From NCBI GenBank assembly GCA_035581905.1, contig DATISQ010000332.1, forward strand, positions 1 to 57,471: 57,471 bases of DNA. Reading direction: 5' to 3'. Origin of the DNA: Cryobacterium sp. (lineage in GTDB: Bacteria; Actinomycetota; Actinomycetes; Actinomycetales; Microbacteriaceae). Below the pieces are notes generated by a model, which made no database searches, had not been told where the DNA came from, and saw only the letters and a program-made list of their open reading frames with translations. Below are positions 39,937-50,633 of the stretch, in pieces. Made by a program: the position numbers and the translations under genes. Every line of letters begins with the position of its first letter. Positions within the stretch are counted from its first letter, which is position 1.

Positions 39937-42663
39937 TTAGCTCTCGCCCCCGGCGGAACCGGTGGTCCCCGCCGTGACGTCGTGCAACCGGTACTTCGCG
40001 ATTGCCTGGCCGACGACACTGCGGTCGACTTCGCCGCGGCGGGCGAGCAGTTCAAGTGCGCGCACGACCATCGACGGTCCGTCGATCTTGAAGAAGCGGC
40101 GGGCGGCCGGACGGGTGTCGGAGAAACCGAACCCGTCGGCACCGAGGGTCGCGAAGTCGCCGGGCACGAACTGTCGGATCTGGTCCGGCACCGCGTGCAT
40201 GAAGTCGGTGACGGCGATGAACGGTCCGGCGGTTCCGGCCAGCTTTTCCGTCACATACGGGATGAGCGGTGCGTCGTCCGGGTAGAGGAAGTTGTGTTCT
40301 TCGGCCGCGAGACCATCGCGACGCAGTTCGGCCCAGGAGGTGACGGACCAGACGTCGGCGGACACACCCCAGTCCTCGGCCAGCAGGGCCTGAGCCTCGA
40401 GGGCCCAGGGCACGGACACGCCGGAGGCCAGGAGCTGGGCCTTCGGTCCGGTTGCCTCGGACACGCTGACGCGGTGGATGCCGCGCACGATGCCGTCGGC
40501 GTCCACGTCGTCGGGCTCGCGCGGCTGCACCTGCGGCTCGTTGTAGACGGTGATGTAGTACATGACGTTGGGGTCCGTGTGCGTACCGCCGTACATGCGC
40601 TCGAGGCCCGAGCGCACGATGTGCCCGATCTCATAGCCGTAGGCCGGGTCGTAGGAGACGACGGCGGGGTTCGTCGAGGCCAGCAACGGCGAGTGGCCGT
40701 CGGCGTGCTGCAGGCCTTCACCGGTGAGGGTGGTGCGGCCGGCGGTGGCGCCGATCATGAACCCGCGAGCCATCTGGTCGCCCGCGGCCCACATGGCGTC
40801 GCCCGTGCGCTGGAAACCGAACATCGAGTAGAACACGTAGATCGGGATGAGCGGCTCACCCTGCGTGGCGTATGTGGTGCCCACGTTGGTGAACGCGGCC
40901 ATGGCGCCGGCCTCGTTGATCCCCACGTGCAGGATCTGGCCCTGCGGGCTCTCCTTGTACGCGAGGAGCTGCGCGTGGTCGACCGAGGTGTACTGCTGGC
41001 CGTTGGGGTTGTAGATCTTGGCGTTCGGGAAGAACGCGTCGATGCCGAAGGTGCGGGCCTCGTCCGGGATGATCGGCACGATGCGGTTTCCGAAGTCCTT
41101 CGCACGCAGCAGCTCCTTGAGCAGCCGGACGAAGGCCATCGTGGTCGCGATCTCCTGCGTGCCGGAGCCCTTCTTCGTGGGGGCGTAGGTCGCGTCATCG
41201 GGCAGGTTGATCTGCGTGTACTTGCTCCGCCGCTCCGGCACGTAGCCGCCGAGCGCGCGGCGGCGCTCGTGCAGGTACTGGATCGCCTCGTCGTTCTCGT
41301 CGGGCTTGAAGTACGGCGGGAGGTAGGGGTTCTCCTCGAGCTGGGCATCCGTGATCGGCATGTGGGTGCTGTCACGGAAGGTCTTGAGGTTGTCGAGGGT
41401 GAACTTCTTCATCTGGTGGGTCGCGTTACGGCCCTCGAAGCTCGGGCCGAGCGCGTAGCCCTTGACCGTCTTCGCCAGGATGACGGTGGGCTGGCCCTTG
41501 TGCTCGGATGCGGCCTTGAACGCGGCGTACACCTTGCGGTAGTCGTGGCCGCCGCGCTTGAGGTTCCAGAGGTCGTCGTCGGTGTAGCCCTCGACGAGCT
41601 TGAGCGCGCGGGGGTCCCGGCCGAAGAAGTGCTCACGCACGTAGGCGCCGCTTTCGGCCTTGTACGTCTGGTAGTCGCCGTCGGGCGTGGCGTTCATCAG
41701 GTCGCGGAGGGCGCCGTCGGTGTCGCGGGAGAGAAGCTCGTCCCACTCGCGGCCCCAGACGACCTTGATGACGTTCCAGCCGGCACCGCGGAAGAAGCTT
41801 TCCAGCTCCTGGATGATCTTGCCGTTGCCGCGCACCGGGCCGTCGAGGCGCTGAAGGTTGCAGTTGACAATGAAGTTGAGGTTGTCGAGACCCTCGTTGG
41901 CGGCAACCTGCAGCTGTCCGCGGCTCTCGACCTCGTCCATCTCGCCGTCGCCGAGGAACGCCCAGACCTGCTGGTCACTGGCGTCCTTGATTCCGCGGTT
42001 GGTGAGGTACCGGTTGGTCTGCGCCTGGTAGATGGCGTTGATCGGGCCGAGTCCCATGGACACGGTCGGGAACTGCCAGAACTCGGGCATCAGTCGCGGG
42101 TGCGGGTAGGAGGACACGCCGTTGGGGGCGTGTGACTTCTCCTGGCGGAATCCGTCGAGCTGGTCGGCGGTCAGGCGTCCCTCGAGGAACGCCCGAGCGT
42201 AGGTTCCGGGGGAGGCGTGGCCCTGAACGAAGATCTGGTCTCCACCGCCCGGGTGGTCCTGGCCGCGGAAGAAGTGGTTGAAGCCCACCTCGTACAGGGC
42301 GGCGGACGACGCGTAGGTCGAGATGTGGCCGCCGACGGAGATGCCGGGGCGCTGGGCGCGGTGCACGAGCACGGCGGCGTTCCAGCGAATCCAGGCGCGG
42401 TAGCGGCGCTCGATGTCTTCGTCACCCGGGAAGTCGGGCTCATTGCCGGCGGCGATGGTGTTGATGTAGTCCGTGGTCGGCACCATGGGCACGCCCAGGT
42501 GCAGTTCCTTTGAGCGTTTCAGGAGTGTCAGCATGATCTCCCGACCGCGCTGATGGCCGTGGGCCGATACGAGCGCGTCCAGCGAGTCCGACCATTCGGC
42601 CGTTTCCTCCGGGTCCGTATCCGTGCTGTTAACCGAATACGGGTCCTGGTCGTTGACAGTCAC
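39937..42663 (-). CDS. aceE: Pyruvate dehydrogenase E1, homodimeric
   Basis: [35 protein letters not shown]. Confidence 0.96.
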   Translation of the reverse strand: MTVNDQDPYSVNSTDTDPEETAEWSDSLDALVSAHGHQRGREIMLTLLKRSKELHLGVPMVPTTDYINTIAAGNEPDFPGDEDIERRYRAWIRWNAAVLVHRAQRPGISVGGHISTYASSAALYEVGFNHFFRGQDHPGGGDQIFVQGHASPGTYARAFLEGRLTADQLDGFRQEKSHAPNGVSSYPHPRLMPEFWQFPTVSMGLGPINAIYQAQTNRYLTNRGIKDASDQQVWAFLGDGEMDEVESRGQLQVAANEGLDNLNFIVNCNLQRLDGPVRGNGKIIQELESFFRGAGWNVIKVVWGREWDELLSRDTDGALRDLMNATPDGDYQTYKAESGAYVREHFFGRDPRALKLVEGYTDDDLWNLKRGGHDYRKVYAAFKAASEHKGQPTVILAKTVKGYALGPSFEGRNATHQMKKFTLDNLKTFRDSTHMPITDAQLEENPYLPPYFKPDENDEAIQYLHERRRALGGYVPERRSKYTQINLPDDATYAPTKKGSGTQEIATTMAFVRLLKELLRAKDFGNRIVPIIPDEARTFGIDAFFPNAKIYNPNGQQYTSVDHAQLLAYKESPQGQILHVGINEAGAMAAFTNVGTTYATQGEPLIPIYVFYSMFGFQRTGDAMWAAGDQMARGFMIGATAGRTTLTGEGLQHADGHSPLLASTNPAVVSYDPAYGYEIGHIVRSGLERMYGGTHTDPNVMYYITVYNEPQVQPREPDDVDADGIVRGIHRVSVSEATGPKAQLLASGVSVPWALEAQALLAEDWGVSADVWSVTSWAELRRDGLAAEEHNFLYPDDAPLIPYVTEKLAGTAGPFIAVTDFMHAVPDQIRQFVPGDFATLGADGFGFSDTRPAARRFFKIDGPSMVVRALELLARRGEVDRSVVGQAIAKYRLHDVTAGTTGSAGGES

Positions 42664-42916
42664 ACTCGACCTCTCTCTGTTGGGCAAAACCTGAGGACGA
42701 CTCTGCCGGGTTAGCGGTGCCGGGTGGCGGTCGGGTCCCGACCGGTGGCACCACGCAAGCCTACAGATTATGCCTCCGGTTTGTGCACGACCGGAGAGTG
42801 CCGGTCGGGCCGAGAATCGACGCTCGCGGTACGCCCATCTTGGTTCCCGCACGCGGCGGAGCTAGGCTGTGGCGTCGCCTTGCACTGTTCAGTGGGCGCA
42901 CGAAAGGAAGCGCTCC

Positions 42917-43384
42917 ATGGCGTTGGAAAATGACACCCAGGCTCCGGACTTCGAGCTTTTCAACCAGTTCGGTGAGCGGGTGCAGCTCAGCGAGTTCCGC
43001 GGCCAGAAGTCGGTCGCCCTGGTCTTCTTCCCCCTGGCCTTCTCCGGCATCTGCAGCGGCGAGCTGTGCGAGCTGCGGGACAATCTGTCGTTGTTCGCCG
43101 CCAATGAGGTGGAAGTGCTCGGCATCTCGGTCGATTCCCGTCACACTCTGCGGGCCTGGGGCGAACAGGAGAGGTACACCTTCGACCTCCTGGCCGACTT
43201 CTGGCCTCACGGTGCGGTCGCGAAGGAATACGGGGTCTTCCTGGAGGAGAAGGGCTTCGCCAATCGGGCCACGTTCCTGATCGACCCCGAGGGGATCATC
43301 CGGGCCAGCTTCATCACCGCGCCGGGCGAGCCCCGGTCGTTGGAGGCCTACCGGGCCGCGATCGGCGAGCTCCAGCCGGTGTGA
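42917..43384 (+). CDS. Peroxiredoxin (AhpE-like)
   Basis: FFPLAFSGICSGELC, LLADFWPHG, RATF. Confidence 0.9.
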   Translation: MALENDTQAPDFELFNQFGERVQLSEFRGQKSVALVFFPLAFSGICSGELCELRDNLSLFAANEVEVLGISVDSRHTLRAWGEQERYTFDLLADFWPHGAVAKEYGVFLEEKGFANRATFLIDPEGIIRASFITAPGEPRSLEAYRAAIGELQPV

Positions 43385-43456
43385 ACCCAGGCTGCGGTTC
43401 ACCGCGCCCGCAGAATCTGTATGATGGTGCACGGCCTTCACCGGCCGTTGTGTCAG

Positions 43457-43529
43457 GGGCCTTTAGCTCAGTTGGTAGAGCGCCACGTTTACACCGTGGA
43501 TGTCATCGGTTCGAGCCCGGTAGGGCCCA
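43457..43529 (+). tRNA. tRNA-Val (anticodon TAC)
   Basis: Cloverleaf: GGGCCTT/AGGGCCC acceptor, CCACG-TTTACAC-CGTGG anticodon arm, GGTTCGAG T-loop; CCA not encoded. Confidence 0.95.
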
Positions 43530-43601
43530 CAAATACCCCTCTGATCACGTCCGTCGCGAACGAGCCGACCCGAGTGACACGACAGATTTCAGGGAGACCA
43601 C

Positions 43602-44069
43602 GTGAATCAGCCACGCATGAACGTCGAATCGTTCAACCTCGACCACCGCACCGTCGTCGCGCCGTACGTGCGCCTGGCCGACACCAAGGTGCTGCCGCAG
43701 GGCGACACCATCGTGAAGTACGACGTGCGTTTCACGCAGCCCAACGTCGCACACCTGGAGATGCCGGCGGTGCACTCGATCGAGCACCTCTTCGCCGAGC
43801 ATTCCCGCAACCATTCGTCCCGCGTCATCGACTTCTCGCCGATGGGCTGCCAGACCGGCTTCTACCTCATTCTGCAGGGCCAGCCGGAGTACGCCGAGGT
43901 CCTCGAGCTGATCGAGGCCACCATGACCGACATCCTCGGCGCCACCGCGGTGCCCGCCGCCAACGAGGTGCAGTGCGGCTGGGGAGCCAACCACTCGCTG
44001 ACGGCCGCCCAGGACGCGGTGAGGACAGTCCTGGCCGCCCGCGCCGACTGGGCGACCGTCACCGCATGA
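43602..44069 (+). CDS. luxS: S-ribosylhomocysteine lyase
   Basis: [31 protein letters not shown]. Confidence 0.95.
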   Translation: MNQPRMNVESFNLDHRTVVAPYVRLADTKVLPQGDTIVKYDVRFTQPNVAHLEMPAVHSIEHLFAEHSRNHSSRVIDFSPMGCQTGFYLILQGQPEYAEVLELIEATMTDILGATAVPAANEVQCGWGANHSLTAAQDAVRTVLAARADWATVTA

Positions 44070-44791
44070 CAACCGTCGACGCGATCATCCTGGTCGCGAT
44101 GGAGGAGGAGGCTGCACCGTTCCTGGCGGCCGCCACAGTGTCCGCCCCGCCGGTCACCGTCGGCAAGGCGCGGGGGCAGCGCCTCACCCTGGCCGGGCGC
44201 GAGGTACTGCTCGTACAGAGCGGCATCGGGCTGGTCAACGCGGCGGGTGCGACCACATCCGCCATCCTCGTTGTGCGTGCCGACGACGCCGAGGCGACGC
44301 CGCTGGTGATCAGCGCGGGTTCGGCCGGCGGGGTCGGCCCGCGGGTGCGGGTCGGCGAAGTGGTCATCGGCAGCGAATATCTGAACAGCGACGCCGATGC
44401 ACGCGCCTTCGGGTACGTGCTCGGCCAGGTGCCCGGCATGCCGGCTCGCTACCAGGGAGCGCCCGAGGCGCTGCGCATCGCCGAGTCCACGACCCGGATG
44501 CCCGATGGTTCCGCACTCGTCGTGCATCGCGGGCTGCTGGTTTCCAACGACTCCTTCGTGAGCGTGGAGCGCGCCGAGAGCCTCCGCGTGCTGTTCCCCG
44601 GGGTTCTCGCCACCGACATGGAGTCAGTGGGCGCAGCCCAGACCTGTTTCACGCACGGAGTGCCGTTCATAGCGATTCGCGGCATCTCCGACCTGTGCGG
44701 ACCGGTCGACGACCACCTCGCCCACGTCGACGACGCGGCCGACCGCTCCGCCGCGGTCGTTCTGGAGACACTGCGCCGGCTCGCCGACTGA
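44066..44791 (+). CDS. mtnN: 5'-methylthioadenosine/SAH nucleosidase (Pfs)
   Basis: [28 protein letters not shown]; ATGA overlap with luxS. Confidence 0.9.
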   Translation: MTTVDAIILVAMEEEAAPFLAAATVSAPPVTVGKARGQRLTLAGREVLLVQSGIGLVNAAGATTSAILVVRADDAEATPLVISAGSAGGVGPRVRVGEVVIGSEYLNSDADARAFGYVLGQVPGMPARYQGAPEALRIAESTTRMPDGSALVVHRGLLVSNDSFVSVERAESLRVLFPGVLATDMESVGAAQTCFTHGVPFIAIRGISDLCGPVDDHLAHVDDAADRSAAVVLETLRRLAD

Positions 44792-44815
44792 CGGGGCAGT
44801 CGGTCGCCTCCAACC

Positions 44816-44877
44816 CGCAGTCCTCCGCCCGGCAGCCCTCCGGCCCGGCAGTCCTCCGGCCCGGCAGCCCTCCGGCC
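44816..44877. repeat. 16-bp tandem repeat, about 4 copies
   Basis: GGCAGYCCTCCGGCCC units between the convergent mtnN and ADH genes. Confidence 0.85.
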
Positions 44878-44879
44878 GG

Positions 44880-46046
44880 TCAGTCGAAGAGGATGATCTG
44901 GCGAACCGCGTTGCCGTCGGCCAGGGTGTCCATGCCCTCGTTGATGTCCTCGAGCCGGATGCGGCTGGAGATGAGGCTCTCCACCGGCAGCCGCCCCTCC
45001 CGCCAGAGTTGCGCGTAGAACGGGATGTCCCGGGACGGGACCGCCGAGCCCAGATAGCTGCCGATGATGGTGCGCGCTTCCGCGGTGATCGTCGACGGGG
45101 ACACCGACGCGAGCTGGTCCGGGGCGGGGAGCCCCACCGTGACGGTGGTTCCGCCGGGGGCCGTGATGCGCACGGCCGTTTCGAAGGCACGCGGGTGCCC
45201 GGCGGCCTCGATCACGATGTTCGCCCTGACGCCCTGTTCGAGGGCGGCCTCCGGGGTGAAGACCGCGTCGGCGCCCAGCCGCCTGGCCTGGTCGAGCTTC
45301 GCGGCGACCGAATCGATGCCGATGACCGCGGCCACGTCGAGGGACAGGGCTGTGATCAGGGCGGCCATGCCGACCCCGCCGAGGCCGACGATGGCAACGG
45401 TGTCGCCGGGACCCGGCTTACCCGCGTTGATGACGGCGCCCCCGCCGGTGAGCACGGCGCAGCCGAGGACCGCGGCGATGTCCGGAGGCACATCGTCGTC
45501 GACGGGCACCACCGAGAACCGGTTGACGACCGCGTGGCTTGCGAACGCCGAGATGCCGAGATGGTGGTGCACCGGGGCGCCGTCCAGGGTCAGCCGGCGA
45601 CCGCCGCCGAGGAGCGACCCGGCGGTGTTGGCCGCGGTGCCCGGGATGCAGGGTAATTTCCCGTCGGTGCGGCAGCCGGCACACTCGCCGCAGCGCGGCA
45701 GGAACGCCATCACGACGCGCTGGCCCACCCGGAGATCGGTCGCCCCGGCACCCAGCTCGACCACCCGTCCGGACGCCTCATGGCCGAGGAGCATGGGGGT
45801 GGGGCGCACGCGACTCCCGTTGACGACCGAGAGGTCGGAGTGGCACAGGCCGGCGGCCTCGATCTTGACGAGGATTTCGCCCGGTCCGGGGCCCTCGAGC
45901 TGGAGGTCGCTGATCTCCAGGGGCCTCGAGGTTCGATAGGGACGCGCCGCACCGACCGTGCGGAGAACGGCCCCGCGGATGCTCAGCCGCCCGGGGGGCC
46001 GGCCTGGAGCGTTCGTGCCAGGCGCGTCGGCAGTGTCGGAATCCAC
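44880..46046 (-). CDS. Zinc-binding alcohol dehydrogenase
   Basis: CHSD, GHE, CGECAGC..C, GLGGVG; GAGGAG RBS before GTG. Confidence 0.9.
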   Translation of the reverse strand: MDSDTADAPGTNAPGRPPGRLSIRGAVLRTVGAARPYRTSRPLEISDLQLEGPGPGEILVKIEAAGLCHSDLSVVNGSRVRPTPMLLGHEASGRVVELGAGATDLRVGQRVVMAFLPRCGECAGCRTDGKLPCIPGTAANTAGSLLGGGRRLTLDGAPVHHHLGISAFASHAVVNRFSVVPVDDDVPPDIAAVLGCAVLTGGGAVINAGKPGPGDTVAIVGLGGVGMAALITALSLDVAAVIGIDSVAAKLDQARRLGADAVFTPEAALEQGVRANIVIEAAGHPRAFETAVRITAPGGTTVTVGLPAPDQLASVSPSTITAEARTIIGSYLGSAVPSRDIPFYAQLWREGRLPVESLISSRIRLEDINEGMDTLADGNAVRQIILFD

Positions 46047-46329
46047 AGTGATCTCCTCGGGTACGGTTGCTCCCCAAGTATCCCTGAGGAACGGTGCGCT
46101 GCGGCGCAGGTTCGCCGGTCGCTGCACACAGTGGGGTTCCGCGGGTTACGCTGGAAGCGGCGTGGCTACCGGAAGTCGCTGCTGCCGCGGTGACTCGTTC
46201 GTTTTTCCGCGGAGCCGAGAGGCCGTCAAGGCCCTCGGCCACTGACGTCGCTGCCGCTGTAATCGCGGCAGAAGAATGCGCAAGCGACTGTGACCTGCGT
46301 CACGGAAACCACGGGGGGTGATCATCGTC

Positions 46330-47040
46330 ATGCCGCTGCCTGACCGTCGATCCTTCGACCTGGCCGTCGAGGACCTGTCCAACGCGCATCTGAACGCCAC
46401 GGATCTGTGTTCGCCTTTCCTGCGGGTGCTGCCCGTCACGGGCGTGGCGATCTCCACCCTTGGCGGCCCCTTCGGCACCGAAACGGTGTGCGCGAGCGAC
46501 GCGTCCGCCGCCCGCCTCGACGAGTTGCAGTTCGACCTCGGTGAAGGTCCGTGCTGGGACGCCCTGGCGACCCGTCGCCCGGTTCTGTCCAGCGACATCC
46601 GTCAGCACGGCAACCCGGCCTGGCCGGTCTTCGTGCAGACGATCGAGGAAACCGATGTGCGAGGCCTGTTCTCGTTCCCGATGGTCATCGGCACGCTGGA
46701 CATCGGCGCGGTCGATCTCTATTCCCGCCACCCCCGCGCCCTGACCGGACCGCAGATCGAGGACGCCACGATGCTGGTCGGGATCGCCGCCCGGCAGGTG
46801 CTCCGCCGCGTCCTGCTCTCGCAGACGATGAAGTCGGACCCTGACGCGGACGAGGGCTACTCGCGACGCGTCGTGCATCAGGCGACGGGTATGGTGCTGG
46901 CCCAGCTGAATGTGGGAGCCTCCGATGCCCTGCTGCTCCTGCAGGGCTATGCGTTCTCCCACTCTCGCACCGTCCGCGAGGTGGCGGACGATGTGGTGGC
47001 ACGAAAACTTGATTTTACTTCAGAATTCGACGGGTCTTAG
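46330..47040 (+). CDS. GAF and ANTAR domain protein
   Basis: QFDLGEGPC GAF; RRVVHQATGMV...VADDVV ANTAR. Confidence 0.88.
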   Translation: MPLPDRRSFDLAVEDLSNAHLNATDLCSPFLRVLPVTGVAISTLGGPFGTETVCASDASAARLDELQFDLGEGPCWDALATRRPVLSSDIRQHGNPAWPVFVQTIEETDVRGLFSFPMVIGTLDIGAVDLYSRHPRALTGPQIEDATMLVGIAARQVLRRVLLSQTMKSDPDADEGYSRRVVHQATGMVLAQLNVGASDALLLLQGYAFSHSRTVREVADDVVARKLDFTSEFDGS

Positions 47041-47049
47041 GATGGAAAT

Positions 47050-47766
47050 ATGGTGACCAGAACACGTGAGGGTCAGTTGGTTGAGACCTTCGTCACGCTG
47101 GCAGACACGCTTGTCGTCGGGTACGACGTCGTTGATCTGCTGCACACGCTCGTGGAGACGTGCGCCACGCTCTTCGAGGCGTCCGCGGTCGGGATCATCC
47201 TGACCGCCGGCAACGACGACGACCTCGAGGTCGTGGCTTCGACCAACGAGCGCAGCCGTCTGATCGAAATCCTCCAGTTGCGGGCCGGCAACGGTCCCTG
47301 CGTCGAGTGCTACACGACCGGCAAACCGGTTGCCATCCCCGACCTCGATGTCCTCGCCCCGGCGTGGTCGACGTTTCGGGCGGGAGCGCTCGAACTCGGC
47401 TTCAAATCGATGCACTCGGTTCCCCTTCGGCTGCGGGCGACGACCATCGGATCCCTCAATCTCTTCTGGGATCGCCTCGGCGGTCTGGGAGCGGCTGATC
47501 TGCGCACCGTCCAGGCGCTGGCCGACACCGCCACGATCGGCATCCTGCAGGAACGCGCCATCAGGGAGAGCGACGTGGCCCGGGCGCAATTGCAGCACGC
47601 GCTCAGCAGTCGCGTTCTGATCGAGCAGGCCAAAGGCGTTGTCGCGTTCACACACACCGTCGATATGGAAGAGGCCTTCGCGATCGTGCGCCAGTACGCC
47701 CGCAATAACGGCCGGCCGCTGGTCGAGGTTGCCGAACAGGTTGTGAACCGCACGCTGGCCCTCTAG
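47050..47766 (+). CDS. GAF and ANTAR domain protein
   Basis: GPCVEC GAF; ALSSRVLIEQAKG...YARNNG..LVEVA ANTAR. Confidence 0.9.
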   Translation: MVTRTREGQLVETFVTLADTLVVGYDVVDLLHTLVETCATLFEASAVGIILTAGNDDDLEVVASTNERSRLIEILQLRAGNGPCVECYTTGKPVAIPDLDVLAPAWSTFRAGALELGFKSMHSVPLRLRATTIGSLNLFWDRLGGLGAADLRTVQALADTATIGILQERAIRESDVARAQLQHALSSRVLIEQAKGVVAFTHTVDMEEAFAIVRQYARNNGRPLVEVAEQVVNRTLAL

Positions 47767-47846
47767 TCCCCGCAAGGACTAGCATTAACGCAAGGCCCCG
47801 GACCCTGGCTGCACGTTTCTTTTTCGTGAGCAATCAGGGGCCTATC

Positions 47847-48185
47847 ATGAAGCGCATTTTTCACCCCGGCGGGTCGGTCGTCACGGGCGATGACCTTGCG
47901 GCTGCCATCATGCACTACGCGGAGGCGCTGAGCCTCCGCCCTCAGGTAGATGTCGTCGACATTCCGATCATCGACGAGACCGGCCTGGTCGGTCGCGTCC
48001 AGATCCTGATCGGTGGATCCGGGCAGTTGATCTGCGTCACCTCGGAAACCACCCACTCGGAGCTGCTGGAGCCGGAGACGGTGGACACTCTCCGCCACAA
48101 GGCGCTGGCCGGTACGGCCTCGGGTCGCGCCTCGTGGACGGGGGAGGGCCTGGACTCTCCCCAGTTCGACGAGTTCGACTACTGA
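47847..48185 (+). CDS. Hypothetical protein
   Basis: MKRIFHPGGSVVTGDDLAAAIMHYAEAL; AGGGG RBS; protein-like composition. Confidence 0.7.
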   Translation: MKRIFHPGGSVVTGDDLAAAIMHYAEALSLRPQVDVVDIPIIDETGLVGRVQILIGGSGQLICVTSETTHSELLEPETVDTLRHKALAGTASGRASWTGEGLDSPQFDEFDY

Positions 48186-48200
48186 TCGGGCCTTCCGGGC

Positions 48201-48217
48201 GGGACTTTCGGCACTGT
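48201..48217 (+). promoter_or_regulatory. DevR/DosR-like box upstream of a USP gene
   Basis: GGGACTTTCGGCACTGT resembles the DosR core GGGACTWWAGTCCC; a cognate regulator is encoded nearby. Confidence 0.6.
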
Positions 48218-48287
48218 TCTGACGGTTCGACGCACGACATCGTGGACCGCGTTCTGCCCGCTGTGCCGGGGAGCGGAGGAGGCTGTC

Positions 48288-49166
48288 ATGGACAACCGTG
48301 TTGTGGTGGGGATCAGCGGCCGTCCGGAGGCCCGGGCTGCGATCCAGTGGGCGCTCGACTATGCCCGGCCCCGGCGCCGGGAGATCGAATTGGTGCACGT
48401 CGTCGACGCGACCTTCGGCACGACGCCGGCCGGGTTCCTGCGCACGGCCCGCGAACAGGCCGAAGTCCTGCTCGCGCGCGAGGCCGAGGAGGGGCGCGGC
48501 GTCGCGCCTGACCTGACCTTCCACACGACAGTCCTCGAGGGATCGCCCACCGGGGCGCTCACCGACTGGGCGGTCGGCGCGGATCTCCTCGTCGTGGGCT
48601 CGCATGCCCTGGGGCGGTTCCGGGACTACGTCTTCAGCACCCAGGCCGCGCAGATCGCCGCGCACGCCGCCGGTTCCGTCATCGTCGTGCCCGAGCGGCA
48701 GGAACCGGGCGGCACCGGGATCGTCGTCGGAGTGGACGGTTCCGAGGCATCCCTCGCCGCCGTGCGATTCGCCGCGGAGCAGGCGGACCAGGTGGGCGAG
48801 CGGCTGACGGCACTGTACTGCTGGAGCGCTCCAGCGCCGTGGACCGAGAACAGCGCCATGATCGACTGGCCGATGGAGCCCGACGAGTCGGACCGCCTGG
48901 TACTCGCCGAAGCGGTGGCCGGCCTGGCCGAACGTTACCCGGATCTGGAGCTCGACCTGCGGCTCGACTTCGGGTTGCCCGTGGACGCTCTCGTGAAGGC
49001 GGGAACCGGTGCCCGGCTCCTCGTCGTGGGCAGCCACGGGCGTCACGGTTTCGCCCGCTTCTGGTTGGGCTCCGTCAGCCATGTGATCGTGTTGACCATG
49101 CCCTGCCCGGTCGCCGTGATCAGGGCCGACGTGACCGAGGCCGGACCGGGCGTCGAACCCCAGTAG
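48288..49166 (+). CDS. Universal stress protein (tandem USP domains)
   Basis: VVGVDGS, LLVVGSHGRHG..LGSVS, CPVAVI. Confidence 0.92.
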   Translation: MDNRVVVGISGRPEARAAIQWALDYARPRRREIELVHVVDATFGTTPAGFLRTAREQAEVLLAREAEEGRGVAPDLTFHTTVLEGSPTGALTDWAVGADLLVVGSHALGRFRDYVFSTQAAQIAAHAAGSVIVVPERQEPGGTGIVVGVDGSEASLAAVRFAAEQADQVGERLTALYCWSAPAPWTENSAMIDWPMEPDESDRLVLAEAVAGLAERYPDLELDLRLDFGLPVDALVKAGTGARLLVVGSHGRHGFARFWLGSVSHVIVLTMPCPVAVIRADVTEAGPGVEPQ

Positions 49167-49181
49167 GTCAAGCGGTCCGCG

Positions 49182-49582
49182 TCAGTCGGATCGGGCGATC
49201 AGCACCGGCACATTGATGTTCATCAGAACGTCGTGGGTGACCGAACCGATCCGCTCAGGGAACCGGTCTTGTGGGTTCCGACCACCAGGACATCGTCGGA
49301 TGTCGGCACGGCGGCGAGCGTCCACGCCGGTGACCCGTGCAGGACCAGGGCGCCGATGTTCAGCCCGGCGTGCGACTGCGCCGCGTTGATCTCCTGCACG
49401 AGCAGACTGTCCGCCCGGCGCTCGGCTTCCCTCGCGTAGCCGGGACCCAGCAGCCCCCATTCGTCGTCGACGACATGCACCAGCACCACGGGGGACCCGT
49501 CAGCCTCCGCCCGAGTCAGACCCCAGCGGATGGCGGCCCGGCTCGGATCGGAGCCGTCGCATCCGATGTAATAGGTGCTCAA
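49182..49582 (-). pseudogene. Frameshifted, probably internally deleted universal stress protein
   Basis: IGCDGS...VVGTHKTG in one frame and IGSVTHDVLMNINVPVLIAR in another; junction near 49253. Confidence 0.75.
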
Positions 49583-50493
49583 CGCCTCTCCGCGCCTTCG
49601 GCTGAATCCGGCTGGGACTTGGCGCGTTCGTCGGCCGGGCGGGGGACCACCGCGACCGGGCACGGCAGGTTCATCAGCACGTCATGGCTGACCGAACCGA
49701 GGAAGAGGCTGCCGACGGCACCGCGGCCGTGCGTGCCGACGACGACGAGTGAAGCCGCCCGGGACGCACCCACGAGCGCGGATGCCGCGGTGCCCTGCTC
49801 CAGCACCTCGGTGATGTGCAGGCCGGGATGCGCGTCGCGAACCCTCCGCGTGGCCCCGGAGAGGATTCGCGCGTGAGCGTCCCGCATCTCCTCGTAGGGC
49901 AGGACGGCGCCGTATTCGACGGCCACCGTCGTGGGGATCATCCAGGAGTGGACGATGTCGAGAGGCAGGTGGAAACGCTCCGCTTCGCGGGCCGCGAAGT
50001 CCACGGCAACCAGAGCCGTGACGTCGTCTTCCATCCCCACCACGATGCGGCCGCCGCCGGGCTCCCAGTTGACGGGGACGACGACGAGGGGGCACCGGGC
50101 GTGGGCCGCGAGGCGCAGAGGAAGGGTGCCGAACACGGTTCCGGCGAGGACGCCGGTCTTCTTGGTTCCGACGACCAGGAGGTCGGCGGTCGCCGACGCC
50201 CGTGCCAGCTCATCGACCGGGACGCCATGGCGGATGTAGCTCGTCTTCCGGCAGGAGGGTGCCACCTGCTCGACCCGTCGAACGGCTTCCGCGAGCGCGC
50301 GCTCGTAGGCAGGCTGACTCGAGTAGTCCGATCCCTCGGACGGGTACCAGCCCAACTCCACCACCGTGGTGAGTTCGAGGCTGACGGGAGTGCCCTGTAT
50401 CCGTTCGAGAGTTACGACTCGTTCGAGGGCCCACTCCAGGGCTGCCTTGCTGGCGGCCCCGCCGTCAATGGCGACGATCACTTTTTCAACCAT
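49579..50493 (-). CDS. Universal stress protein (tandem USP domains)
   Basis: VIVAIDG, VVGTHGRG..LGSVSHDVL, CPVAVVP. Confidence 0.92.
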   Translation of the reverse strand: MVEKVIVAIDGGAASKAALEWALERVVTLERIQGTPVSLELTTVVELGWYPSEGSDYSSQPAYERALAEAVRRVEQVAPSCRKTSYIRHGVPVDELARASATADLLVVGTKKTGVLAGTVFGTLPLRLAAHARCPLVVVPVNWEPGGGRIVVGMEDDVTALVAVDFAAREAERFHLPLDIVHSWMIPTTVAVEYGAVLPYEEMRDAHARILSGATRRVRDAHPGLHITEVLEQGTAASALVGASRAASLVVVGTHGRGAVGSLFLGSVSHDVLMNLPCPVAVVPRPADERAKSQPDSAEGAERR

Positions 50494-50571
50494 GGCTGTG
50501 ACTCCTGCTGTGGGGGGAATCGCACCAGACAGTCCGATCCACGTCAGGATGGCAGCGTCGGCACCGCCGGG

Positions 50572-50588
50572 ACAGGGCCGAAGGTCCC
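50572..50588 (-). promoter_or_regulatory. DevR/DosR-like box between the divergent USP and kinase genes
   Basis: Minus strand GGGACCTTCGGCCCTGT. Confidence 0.62.
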
Positions 50589-50633
50589 ACGCGGGTAGTA
50601 TCGCCGCTACCAGACGAGAGGCGGTCCCCGGCC

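Noticed and set aside
39916-42135. 739-aa ORF (also 35029-36288)
   Set aside because: Antisense shadows of aceE and fabF
43500-43601. att site or SAH riboswitch between tRNA-Val and luxS
   Set aside because: No duplicated tRNA 3' end, no integrase and no recognisable SAH riboswitch consensus
43421-44065. Long N-terminal extension of the mtnN ORF
   Set aside because: It overlaps the tRNA and luxS; the true start is the coupled ATG at 44066
44816-44877. Possible CRISPR array
   Set aside because: Head-to-tail repeats with no spacers, and no cas genes
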